DNA from: Opitutales bacterium
Lineage (GTDB): Bacteria > Verrucomicrobiota > Verrucomicrobiia > Opitutales > PNEW01
Length of the DNA stretch: 32,000 nucleotides
Direction of reading: 5' to 3'
Assembly (NCBI GenBank): GCA_965219535.1
Contig: CBDCNV010000001.1
Coordinates: 1,830,001 to 1,862,000 of the forward strand
In this document: positions 20,301 through 27,762 of the stretch, piece after piece
Position numbering within the stretch: the first letter of the stretch is position 1
Layout of the letters: each line of letters starts with the position of its first letter
Position numbers and translations under genes: made by a program
The notes under the pieces: model-generated
The model's database searches: none
The model's input: the letters and a program-made list of their open reading frames with translations, nothing else
Told to the model about the DNA's origin: nothing

Positions 20301-20706
20301 CTCCTCCATAGGGCGAATGATTGGGGTTACCTTCGATCTTAGAGGGGCGATGTTGATGCGTTTCAACCAATAAAGGCTGGTTGTCTTTTGCAGACGGATG
20401 GGACGTAGTATAATATACAGGGACTCCCGGAATGACATTCTCTGGTTGTTTTGAGTAAGGTAAAATATACTGTACTGGTCGCCGACATCCGGCCATACCC
20501 ATCCCTGCGGCAGCAAAGGAGGCAGCCATGATTTTAAGGAATTGCCGGCGGTTTACGCCATCCAGTTCTGAGGCTCCGAGGGGAAATTCTTTTTCTATAA
20601 AATCTCTGAATTCCGGTTCATCTACCAGTTCGTCCAAGCTGCGCCAGTAGCGCGGTCCGGTAATCGCCTCAGGGACTATCTTTGTTTGTTCTAAATTAGA
20701 TTTCAT
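17335..20706 (-). CDS. actB: Alternative Complex III subunit ActB (molybdopterin-oxidoreductase-like domain fused to a 4-cluster ferredoxin domain)
   Basis: Tat-type signal NRRQFLKIMAASFAAAG. Large MopB-like N-terminal domain. C-terminal Fe-S Cys clusters CTACSACIVAC, CMHCETAPCEQVCP, RCVGTRYCSNNCP and CTYCQQRI...CQQVCP. The ATG at 20706 forms an ATGA overlap with the actA stop; the ORF-track TTG at 20715 is less likely. Confidence 0.9.
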   Translation of the reverse strand: MKSNLEQTKIVPEAITGPRYWRSLDELVDEPEFRDFIEKEFPLGASELDGVNRRQFLKIMAASFAAAGMGMAGCRRPVQYILPYSKQPENVIPGVPVYYTTSHPSAKDNQPLLVETHQHRPSKIEGNPNHSPYGGATDIFSQASVLDLYDPDRSTKSSEGTRSITQGRVYDLLKEIHDKFVSTEGQGLAFLAEQSTSPTRNRIVEQIKKIFPRSTWAEYEPINFDNPEIATRRLFGRPLRPQYNFRKAKRILSLDADFLNSEPGQLGNSRDFAAARRVNSSQEAENMNRLYQAESNFSLTGAMADHRLRLSSGQIPAFTALLTIELLKQKSIDSPLSEELQKKAAGLETDAHWIEECVADLLAYPGKAVVTTGSHQPIEVHELVFFINDLLGANGHTVNYLNLPNYSASTIQDLGLALENGRIETLIIVGGNPAYNAPADLNWLELQKSVNEVVRYGYFFDETSIEATHHISATHYLESWSDGRTFDGTVVPVQPMIRPLFEGMQEIELLARLAGMDETDPYALVKETITNLSDETDKERGFNRFLSDGVLKNSRFANIPVTVNQSRIKRTVATGYFRPAQVSSDQLEVRIIPSPRMWDGSYNNNGWLQECPEGMTKLTWDNAISISPRLAKDIGYDPEQNSFKQIASKKTATFKMGREVAPLGEITIGGTTVRGPIHIQPGLANYTVVIPLGYGRTKVGRIGKGTGFTAYPLVNTQSPGYVSGANLNITDKPYLLANTQEHWSMEGRAIVREANVEDYSKHPDFVDKMGLEPHSPPIYGNDSDLSLQEKVAQQPRGASAYEIPQFGGDHQWGMSIDLNTCTACSACIVACQSENNIPIVGKDQVTRGREMHWLRFDRYYSSGDIDSHKREIPEDPQATLQPVMCMHCETAPCEQVCPVNATVHDDEGLNVMSYNRCVGTRYCSNNCPYKVRRFNFFDWNKRDIGSFYEGPLGPGGMTELEKMQKNPDVSVRMRGVMEKCTYCQQRIQEAKINAKVKARDSGDIKVPDGTIKTACQQVCPTDSIVFGDISDPESKVSITKTFDRDYSVLGYLNTRPRTTYLARLRNPNPRMPDYKEMPLSRMEYENQFGHGAHGEDNHENGNGHEDHHNEAPDEDHANDTHNT

Positions 20707-21356
20707 CGATGACAACCAGAGCAGCTTAGAGGTGGATTAACTTTCCAATTATGAACCATTTCTTTTCCCATTTCCAATTGCTTCTCCTCACTATCAGGCA
20801 TCCAGTCGAGGTCAAAAACTTTATCCACTGGGCGAATAAACGCCTCGGGGTTGCGGTGGCATTCTAGGCAAAATTTCATACTGTGAGATTTGGCATGGTG
20901 AACAGTTTCCATTTCGTTCACTTGACCATGACACTCGAGGCAACTAATGCCACGATTTACATGAACGGCATGATTGAAGAACACATAGTCAGGTGTCTTG
21001 TGAATACGTACCCAGGGGACTGGTTTTCCCGTTGACCAGCTTTCACGAATGGGCGCAAGAGCGGGGCTGTCTCGCTTAATCTGATTATGACAATTCATAC
21101 AAGTCGCGGCATCGGGAACGTTAGAATGTTCAGATCGATCGACAAAAGTATGACAATAACGGCAATCCATCCCCAATTGCCCAATATGCAAACTGTGATC
21201 AAAAGCAACAGGTTGAATTGGCTGATAGCCCACGCGTATATACTTTGGCGTGGCGTAATAAGTAGTGCCAATAGTAACCGCGATAGTAATAAGGCCCAAA
21301 GCAATGAGAAGCTGTTTTGGAACGCTATTGGACCACTTGGGGAATATGTTAGCCAT
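20703..21356 (-). CDS. actA: Alternative Complex III pentaheme cytochrome c subunit ActA
   Basis: Five CxxCH sites (CRYCH, CMNCH, CLECH, CLECH, CSGCH). N-terminal MANIFPKWSN + TM helix + YIRVGYQPIQPVAFDHSLH, as in ActA proteins. The ATG at 21356 is preferred over the ORF-track TTG at 21407. Confidence 0.88.
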   Translation of the reverse strand: MANIFPKWSNSVPKQLLIALGLITIAVTIGTTYYATPKYIRVGYQPIQPVAFDHSLHIGQLGMDCRYCHTFVDRSEHSNVPDAATCMNCHNQIKRDSPALAPIRESWSTGKPVPWVRIHKTPDYVFFNHAVHVNRGISCLECHGQVNEMETVHHAKSHSMKFCLECHRNPEAFIRPVDKVFDLDWMPDSEEKQLEMGKEMVHNWKVNPPLSCSGCHR

Positions 21357-21396
21357 TTTGGAGTTGTTTAATAGGGGTACAACTACTCTCGTCTGG

Positions 21397-21579
21397 TTAA
21401 TCTTCAACCCGCGCCACCGAGCGAGGGTCCGGCTTCACTTCGATTATGGTGCTCGTCGAGCGTGTGTTTTTCTGCGGAGTCAAAGTCTTTCCGCCCAGTC
21501 TAATCAGGCTGCATATACCTAAAAAAAACGCACCTAGTCCTGCTAAAAAATGTTTTCTCGGGATTTTACTGGTAGCCAT
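21397..21579 (-). CDS. Possible small membrane protein at the head of the act operon
   Basis: 60-aa ATG-initiated ORF with one hydrophobic helix (FLAGLGAFFLGICSLI). A perfect TATAAT hexamer (minus strand, 21608-21603) lies 24 nt upstream of its ATG. I recognise no homology, so coding status is uncertain. Confidence 0.25.
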   Translation of the reverse strand: MATSKIPRKHFLAGLGAFFLGICSLIRLGGKTLTPQKNTRSTSTIIEVKPDPRSVARVED

Positions 21580-21797
21580 GTTGATGTCTATTTTCTGATC
21601 CCATTATAGGCTAAGATTTTTCATTTTAGTTAGCAATGCCGTGTCTTTGATGTAAAATTAACCCTCATATGAATTCTATAGAGAAATAAGGCCCCTTCCT
21701 TCAACTTAAATTTTAATAATAATAAATATTAAAATCTGCTTAATATCCTGTATTAGTAAACTAAATTCAAAAATCTTAACTCGGTTTGTAAATCCGG

Positions 21798-23843
21798 TCA
21801 CACCCCACGTTCTACACTCCTTAAAGCTCGAAATGACACAATAAAGCTTGAACTAACCATGAGAAGAGCTGCAACCACGGGGTGAAGAAGACCCAAAGCA
21901 GCCAATGAAACGCCTATTAGATTATAACTTGCAGCAAACCGCAGATTTCCACGAATACTGCCACAAACACCGCGACATAATTTAATTGATCGGGGCAGCA
22001 GTGATAGATCATCACCCATGAGTACCGCAGTTGCCGATGATTGAGTTAGCGCTGCTCCACTCCCCATCGCTACAGACGCGGGACACAAAGTCATGGCGGC
22101 TGCATCATTAATGCCATCGCCAACATATAATATATGTTTATTTTGCGCGAGTGATTGCTCAATTCGATCTGTTTTTTCTTCGGGAGTTAATCCTGATTCA
22201 ATTTTTACTCCCGCAATATTCTCCCACTTAGGTGCACTATCACCCGTTAGGATGTGAGTTTCTAATCCAAGGGAGTGCAAATTCTCAATTACCTCTTCGG
22301 TGGAAGAACGTAGCTGTTCGTCGAGAATTGCAATCGCGGCGGCTTCCTCATTTACCGTAACGAAGACATACTTTTTAGCATCCCGGGTAATTTCGAGCAG
22401 CTTTTTATTGAATACCGATTGTGCGACTTTAGGCATGATCGAAAGTTCACCCACCACACATTCATGAACGCTGTCCTCATTGTCCAATAGCGTTGCATTA
22501 ACACCGCTCCCGGCAACGATTTTTAGATTGGTTACTTTGAATTTTGTCTCATTGTCTAAAACTGCACACTGCTGAAATGCTTTTGCAACGGGATGGGAGA
22601 GCTCTTGTTCAATCGTCTGAACCATTAACTTCAGCTTGTTCCGCTGACTCTCAAAACGATCAGTTGAAATAAAGTCTACAAGAGTCAAGTGATCCTCGCT
22701 CAAGGTTCCGGTTTTATCGAAATATATAAGATCAGTTTTTGCTAGTTGATCGATAAAATCTCCAGTCCGTGAAACAATCCCGCTTTCCGCGAGTTTCATG
22801 AGTCCTCCCCAAAGCGCAATGGGCGTTGCAAGACCGATCGCGCAAGGACAGGCAACCAGAAGCACGGCCATACTATTAAATAATGCCTCCCACCAGGAGG
22901 TGGAGGGAAGGAGTAACCAGACAATGAAAGTAGCCGCGGACAGGAAGACAACGAGAGGCAGAAACCAGCGCATTAGCCAATCCGCCTTTACCTGAATCCT
23001 TGAAGATTTTATTCTGGCATCCTCAACTGCCGATAGAATTAAATCGAGCTTGCGTGATCCCAGCAGGGCTTTTGGTTTGATCGTAAATCGTCCATCAACG
23101 GAATGAGTTCCAGCTAAGACATAATCTCCCGATCGCCTGACCACGGGCGTCGGTTCACCGGTTAATGGCGTTTCCGTGACAAAGCCAGTCCCGTTTTGAA
23201 TTATTCCATCGACGGTAATAGGTTCCCCTTCGTTTACGGATACGAGTGAGCTAGTCAGACAAAGATCTGCAACGGGGGTGCGGTGACGCTGTTGATCATG
23301 GCCTATCTCCCAGGCCCAATCAAAGTCATTGCGCAATTGTTCCGCCGCCCGTATCGCTTTGGATCGCGATCGGGCACTCAATAATTTACCGAGGGTATAA
23401 ACAACAAGCAGAATAGCGACCACTTCGTAGTAAACACCACCTTGACCGGTAAAAGTTGAGATCAATGAACCGATGAAAGCCCCGGTGATACTCAAAAGAA
23501 ATAGAGCGTCAACAGTGACTTGCCTCCCTCGTATTGCTTTCCAGGCCTCTCGAGGCAGCTCTGAACCCAATAGAAAAAACACAATGAGAGCAGATAGGAT
23601 TAAACTGCCATGTAAAATCAGGTAAGTTTTACTCGCATATTCGGGAGCCGGGTCGGCCGTATTTATACCGAGACCAAATACCATGCCCTGGCCAGCTAAG
23701 ACGATAGCCACGCCTATTTTTAACCAGCTGTAGTCAGTTTTATTTTTCTCTTCTGATGGGGAGAAATCACTACTATCATGACAACAAGGACTAAATATAT
23801 TCTCTCGAGCGGGAATTTCAGCGGCCGTTTCGATTTTCGTCAT
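21798..23843 (-). CDS. P1B-type heavy-metal (probably Cu+) translocating ATPase, CcoI/FixI-like
   Basis: 681 aa. TGEPTPV actuator motif, TM CPC motif (VACPCAIGLATP), DKTGTL phosphorylation site, SHPVAKA (HP motif) and GDGINDAAAM. No ferredoxin-fold CxxC metal-binding domain is recognisable; only a CCH triplet occurs near the N-terminus. Adjacent to the cbb3 genes. Confidence 0.88.
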   Translation of the reverse strand: MTKIETAAEIPARENIFSPCCHDSSDFSPSEEKNKTDYSWLKIGVAIVLAGQGMVFGLGINTADPAPEYASKTYLILHGSLILSALIVFFLLGSELPREAWKAIRGRQVTVDALFLLSITGAFIGSLISTFTGQGGVYYEVVAILLVVYTLGKLLSARSRSKAIRAAEQLRNDFDWAWEIGHDQQRHRTPVADLCLTSSLVSVNEGEPITVDGIIQNGTGFVTETPLTGEPTPVVRRSGDYVLAGTHSVDGRFTIKPKALLGSRKLDLILSAVEDARIKSSRIQVKADWLMRWFLPLVVFLSAATFIVWLLLPSTSWWEALFNSMAVLLVACPCAIGLATPIALWGGLMKLAESGIVSRTGDFIDQLAKTDLIYFDKTGTLSEDHLTLVDFISTDRFESQRNKLKLMVQTIEQELSHPVAKAFQQCAVLDNETKFKVTNLKIVAGSGVNATLLDNEDSVHECVVGELSIMPKVAQSVFNKKLLEITRDAKKYVFVTVNEEAAAIAILDEQLRSSTEEVIENLHSLGLETHILTGDSAPKWENIAGVKIESGLTPEEKTDRIEQSLAQNKHILYVGDGINDAAAMTLCPASVAMGSGAALTQSSATAVLMGDDLSLLPRSIKLCRGVCGSIRGNLRFAASYNLIGVSLAALGLLHPVVAALLMVSSSFIVSFRALRSVERGV

Positions 23844-23899
23844 CCCTTTATCATACTATTAAATTAAACAATTAATGAGTCTCTTGAGGAGTGTTGAGA

Positions 23900-24952
23900 T
23901 CAACCGTAACTCAGCTTATTCTTAGATAAGACGAGGTCTCGATTTAGACTGCGAAATGGTTTTATTTTTAATCGTTGAAGCACACCGTGATAAGCTTTGA
24001 CCGCTTCTTCGGGGGTAACTTCACTGTCAACGATACGCCTCAACATTTCGATAAATGTCAACGGGTGTTCAGAAAGATTTATTTTTCGCCCAAACAAGGC
24101 AATGCGTGCCCCATGTTTCTGCGCATCGTGAATGAGTTTAAAAGCATCATAGGTAGTACCGGCACTTCCTCCGAGGATACCGACGATGAGATTGGGATCA
24201 TAGGCGACAAGCTCTTCGAGTGCAGCGGGGCCATGATAGGGGATTTTAAGAAATAAGGGTCGACCCCTATTCGTAACTCCGGCCAGGCATCGAATGATAT
24301 GGTCATTCAGGAAAGCATAGATTTTTTTTGGATTTATACCGGGATCGACATTGGGATTGAATACTTCCATGAAGTAGCGAAAACTCTTTTTTTCCGCTTC
24401 GAGCCGAAAGTCGTGAAATTCCTGCAGGGATCGATGATCCCATTCGAGGTTGTTCGTAAAGGTAACTGAATAGAGACCGAGATCGCTCCCAAGAACAGGA
24501 TCGCTGTGGTTACAGTTGAGCCGGCCATACTTTATATGTTCGATCGTAGCCGATCGAAAAGAGCGAGAAGGGGATTTTGGATAGCTCCCTCCACGAATAA
24601 CCCAAATGTCCGAGGTATCGTTAGCGCGTGCCGCAGGGGTAATCGGAGAATTTTCAAAAAGTTTCTCTTCAATACCTAACTTTTCCACATTGGAAGCGGA
24701 GAGAAGCATAATATCGATAATACCCTGTCGAATAACATCACGAATCTGATTGCGGTAGTCTTCCAGGGTTTTCCAGCAACCAACAGACTCAGAATAGGGG
24801 TGCTTGCACTCTCCGAATTCGGGTCCAGGAGCAGCGATACCGAAAGCCATATCAGCGTCTTTAGCATCAGCTATAATGAAATCTTTTGTCCCGGATGGAT
24901 CCGCTATGATGCGCGCTAACTTCTCGTCTAATGATTTCAAGGTAGTTCTCAA
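23900..24952 (-). CDS. Divergent DhnA/FbaB-type class-I aldolase-like TIM-barrel protein (function unknown)
   Basis: 350-aa ORF with a TTG start. The C-terminal half has the order PLFLKIPY (candidate Schiff-base Lys strand), GILGGSAGTT (phosphate-binding loop) and IALFGRKI. This resembles the ...VKxx / SGGAAG / GLILGRKAF layout of DhnA-type aldolases. The assignment is from memory of the family pattern, not from a search. Confidence 0.45.
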   Translation of the reverse strand: MRTTLKSLDEKLARIIADPSGTKDFIIADAKDADMAFGIAAPGPEFGECKHPYSESVGCWKTLEDYRNQIRDVIRQGIIDIMLLSASNVEKLGIEEKLFENSPITPAARANDTSDIWVIRGGSYPKSPSRSFRSATIEHIKYGRLNCNHSDPVLGSDLGLYSVTFTNNLEWDHRSLQEFHDFRLEAEKKSFRYFMEVFNPNVDPGINPKKIYAFLNDHIIRCLAGVTNRGRPLFLKIPYHGPAALEELVAYDPNLIVGILGGSAGTTYDAFKLIHDAQKHGARIALFGRKINLSEHPLTFIEMLRRIVDSEVTPEEAVKAYHGVLQRLKIKPFRSLNRDLVLSKNKLSYG

Positions 24953-25221
24953 TTAAGTTATTAATTATACAAAAAATAGCATCTTTATAAAAATCGATTT
25001 TTTTCAACATTAAATAACACTACTATTTTATTAGACCTAGGCTCGTTTACAGCTAAATGCACTTTGATAATCATACAGCCTAAAATGGATAGCGTGCAAT
25101 ATGTTCGGAATATTTAAGGCTTGTCAGTTTATGTGCAATTGGCTGAATTCAAATTATTTACTGAGCGAAACTATTACTGATAATAGCGATTATAAAAAAT
25201 AGAATACTATTCTTTTGGCTT

Positions 25222-27753
25222 TTGATTTTCAGCAACCTGATATTATCTGCTGCTGATGTTGACTTAAGGAGTTCAGAGGAAGAAATCATCCGATGGACCG
25301 ATATCGGAGAGTTGCCGGGGATAGTTGTAAAAACGGGCTCCTTTTCCGGAGAGAGTAATGGAGCGCTTATCCTTGCGGGAGGAAGCGATGAAGAGGGAAT
25401 TTATTCAAGTATTACCGTGCTCGTAAAAAATGAAGATGCCCAATATACGCTACTTTCAGGCTTAGAGCTGGACTATCCTCTGGCATTTGGAGCCGCAGCA
25501 TCTTTCGAAGAAGGGCTTCTTTGTATTGGAGGACGAGATAATCAACAGTCTTACGCCGAAGTGTTTCTTTTAAAATGGGATCCGACCAATAGAAAAATTG
25601 AAAAGAACGTTTACCCAAATCTTCCCGAACCGCGATCCTATTCAGCAGCAGCAATTATTGATGGTGTTGTTTATGTTGCCGGAGGAATTGATACCTTAAA
25701 CAGTCCCCAATCATCAAAGAACTTCTGGTCACTGGATCTTACATTACCTGATAAACAATGGGAAGTCCTGGAAGAATGGCCTGGTCCCAGTCGCATGCTG
25801 GCAGTGGCAACGGTGCAACATGACGGCTTTTACAAAATCCTTCATCTCACTAGTGGATTAGAGATTAGTGCTGCTGGAAATCAATCATCGGTTATAAAGG
25901 AATTGAATGATGGGTATCGTTACAATCCGATTGCAGATAATATTTCGCGATGGGACATAATCACTGACCCGCCCCGGCCGATCTTTGGAGCTAAGGGCAC
26001 TGGGGTAGGGCAATCCCACATATTATTCTATGGTGGATATGAAAGCGAGAGAGACTTTTTTCTTAACTCTCTATCTCCTGAGATAAATAGTTTTCGCGCT
26101 GCCATATTAGCCTATCATACGTTCACCAACACCTGGGTTAAGATGGGTGAGTTGCCGCATGATATTTCAGCGGCTGAAGTGATATTGGGGAAAGAAGATA
26201 TATTATTATTGGGAACCAGTGAATCGGCGGAAAAGTTTTATGCGGGGAAACCGGTATTAAAGAAAAGTCGTTTTAGTACTATTGATTATACATTGCTTGC
26301 GGCTTATCTCCTGGCCCTGGTAGTATTGGGGTATTACTTTTCCAAACGTGAAAAGTCGACTGAAGATTATTTTCTGGGAGGGAGAAGAGTCCCCTGGTGG
26401 GCGGTTGGTTTAAGTATTATTGGGACAGGTTTAAGTGCAGCCACTTATATCAGTACACCGGCAAAAGTTTATGCGACAGATTGGGCTTACTTTCTGTTAC
26501 GTATGCATATGCCGATCGTTGTTATTATCCAGATGTATGTTCTACTTCCGTTTTTCCGCCGGTTATATGTTACCACGACCTATGAATATCTAGAAATGCG
26601 ATTTAATGTCCTCGTGAGACTATTTGGCAGTCTCTCTTTTATTATTTCGCAATTGGGCCGAATGGGGATTGTTCTTTATCTACCTGCGATTGCCCTTTCC
26701 GCTGCTACAGGTTTGAATGTTTATTTTTGTATAATTTCGATGGGTGTTCTTTGTACCATTTATACCGTGTTGGGGGGTATTGAAGCGGTTATCTGGACCG
26801 ATGTGTTACAGGTGATTGTATTCTACACCGGAGCAGTTATTATTCTTTTCATTGCTATTTTCAGGCTTGATGGCGGGATCACTCAATTCTTCGAAATATG
26901 CAGCACGCACGATAATTTTAATTGGGTGAACAAAGGTTGGGATATTCGCACGACATCACTATTTGTTATTATCGTGATGAGTTTTCAGGCGGTAATAATC
27001 CCTAATGCGGGAGACCAGGTCGAAGTACAGCGGTGGTTGACGACAAAAGACGAAAAGTCTGCTCGTAAAGCATTAGCCATAGGAGCGATAATATCTATTC
27101 CTGCATCTTTTCTCTTTTTCTATATCGGGTCTTCGATGTTTGCTTACTACCAAAATCGGCCGGAAGAGTTGAATCCGGTCCTCATGACGGACGGCATAAT
27201 CCCCTGGTTTGTTGTACAGAACTTGCCCGTCGGCATATCCGGATTTATCATCGCAGCCATCTTTTCCGCGTCGATGTCGAGCATGGACAGCACCATGAAC
27301 AGCCTCGCGACCAGTATCGTTACAGACTGTAGACGGTTGAAGAAAACGATAACTGACCACCAGGGACTGAATTTAGCACGCTGGTTGACCATCCTCTTTG
27401 GTGTATTTGGAACGGTAATGGCATTAATTTTTGCGACCATCGATTTCCCTTCATTGATTGATCTAATGTCCATTTATAATGGTCTTTTCATGGGTGCACT
27501 GATCGGAGTCTTTTGGCTGGGAATGTTTACGAACCGCGCCAATGCTTTAGGTACTTTAATTGGGATAATAGTAAGCGCAGTTGTCATGTATTGTACACAG
27601 AAGTATACTCCATTGCATTTTTTTGTATATTTGTTGGTCAGTTCAGGCACTTGTATCATCGTGGGATACCTGGCGAGTGTAGTAACAGGTGGTAATAAAA
27701 TATTACCTGAAGGGTTTACGATATTCACGCTTCCAAAAGAAATTAAAGATTAA
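25222..27753 (+). CDS. Fusion protein: N-terminal Kelch/NanM-like (cyclically permuted mutarotase) beta-propeller + C-terminal sodium:solute symporter (SSS family)
   Basis: 843 aa. The first 340 or so residues carry repeated Kelch-type blades (ILAGGSDEEG, CIGGRDNQQ, YVAGGIDT, FYGGYESE). From residue 350 or so there is a full SSS core (YFLGGRRVPWWAVGLSIIGTGLSAATYISTPA and about 13 TM helices). The true start is probably upstream of the TTG at 25222 (see findings). Confidence 0.85.
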   Translation: MIFSNLILSAADVDLRSSEEEIIRWTDIGELPGIVVKTGSFSGESNGALILAGGSDEEGIYSSITVLVKNEDAQYTLLSGLELDYPLAFGAAASFEEGLLCIGGRDNQQSYAEVFLLKWDPTNRKIEKNVYPNLPEPRSYSAAAIIDGVVYVAGGIDTLNSPQSSKNFWSLDLTLPDKQWEVLEEWPGPSRMLAVATVQHDGFYKILHLTSGLEISAAGNQSSVIKELNDGYRYNPIADNISRWDIITDPPRPIFGAKGTGVGQSHILFYGGYESERDFFLNSLSPEINSFRAAILAYHTFTNTWVKMGELPHDISAAEVILGKEDILLLGTSESAEKFYAGKPVLKKSRFSTIDYTLLAAYLLALVVLGYYFSKREKSTEDYFLGGRRVPWWAVGLSIIGTGLSAATYISTPAKVYATDWAYFLLRMHMPIVVIIQMYVLLPFFRRLYVTTTYEYLEMRFNVLVRLFGSLSFIISQLGRMGIVLYLPAIALSAATGLNVYFCIISMGVLCTIYTVLGGIEAVIWTDVLQVIVFYTGAVIILFIAIFRLDGGITQFFEICSTHDNFNWVNKGWDIRTTSLFVIIVMSFQAVIIPNAGDQVEVQRWLTTKDEKSARKALAIGAIISIPASFLFFYIGSSMFAYYQNRPEELNPVLMTDGIIPWFVVQNLPVGISGFIIAAIFSASMSSMDSTMNSLATSIVTDCRRLKKTITDHQGLNLARWLTILFGVFGTVMALIFATIDFPSLIDLMSIYNGLFMGALIGVFWLGMFTNRANALGTLIGIIVSAVVMYCTQKYTPLHFFVYLLVSSGTCIIVGYLASVVTGGNKILPEGFTIFTLPKEIKD

Positions 27754-27762
27754 ATAAATATC

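Noticed and set aside
21647-21660. FNR/CRP-like box TTGAT-GTAA-AATTA upstream of the act-cco string.
   Set aside because: Only the first half-site matches the TTGAT-N4-ATCAA consensus, and the second half matches at 2 of 5 positions. The region is very AT-rich, so such partial matches are expected by chance.
25171-25211. Two short palindromes built from AATAG/CTATT (CTATTACTGATAATAG at 25171-25186 and AATAGAATACTATT at 25198-25211), considered as candidate operators upstream of the transporter gene.
   Set aside because: The arms are only 5-6 bp in an AT-rich stretch. The segment also appears to encode the missing part of the transporter signal peptide, which is a better explanation for sequence constraint. 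This is not excluded, but it is unsupported.
612-27728. About 45 short ORFs (60-116 aa) in the six-frame track, nested in or antisense to larger genes. Examples: 612-800, 1150-1443, 7380-7649, 8883-9197, 9668-9991, 16538-16753, 18076-18354, 21087-21371, 23975-24256, 27073-27473.
   Set aside because: Each lies entirely within a longer ORF on another frame or strand that has clear family motifs. Their translations are low-complexity or Arg/Ser/Leu-rich, as expected for antisense frames, and carry no recognisable motifs.
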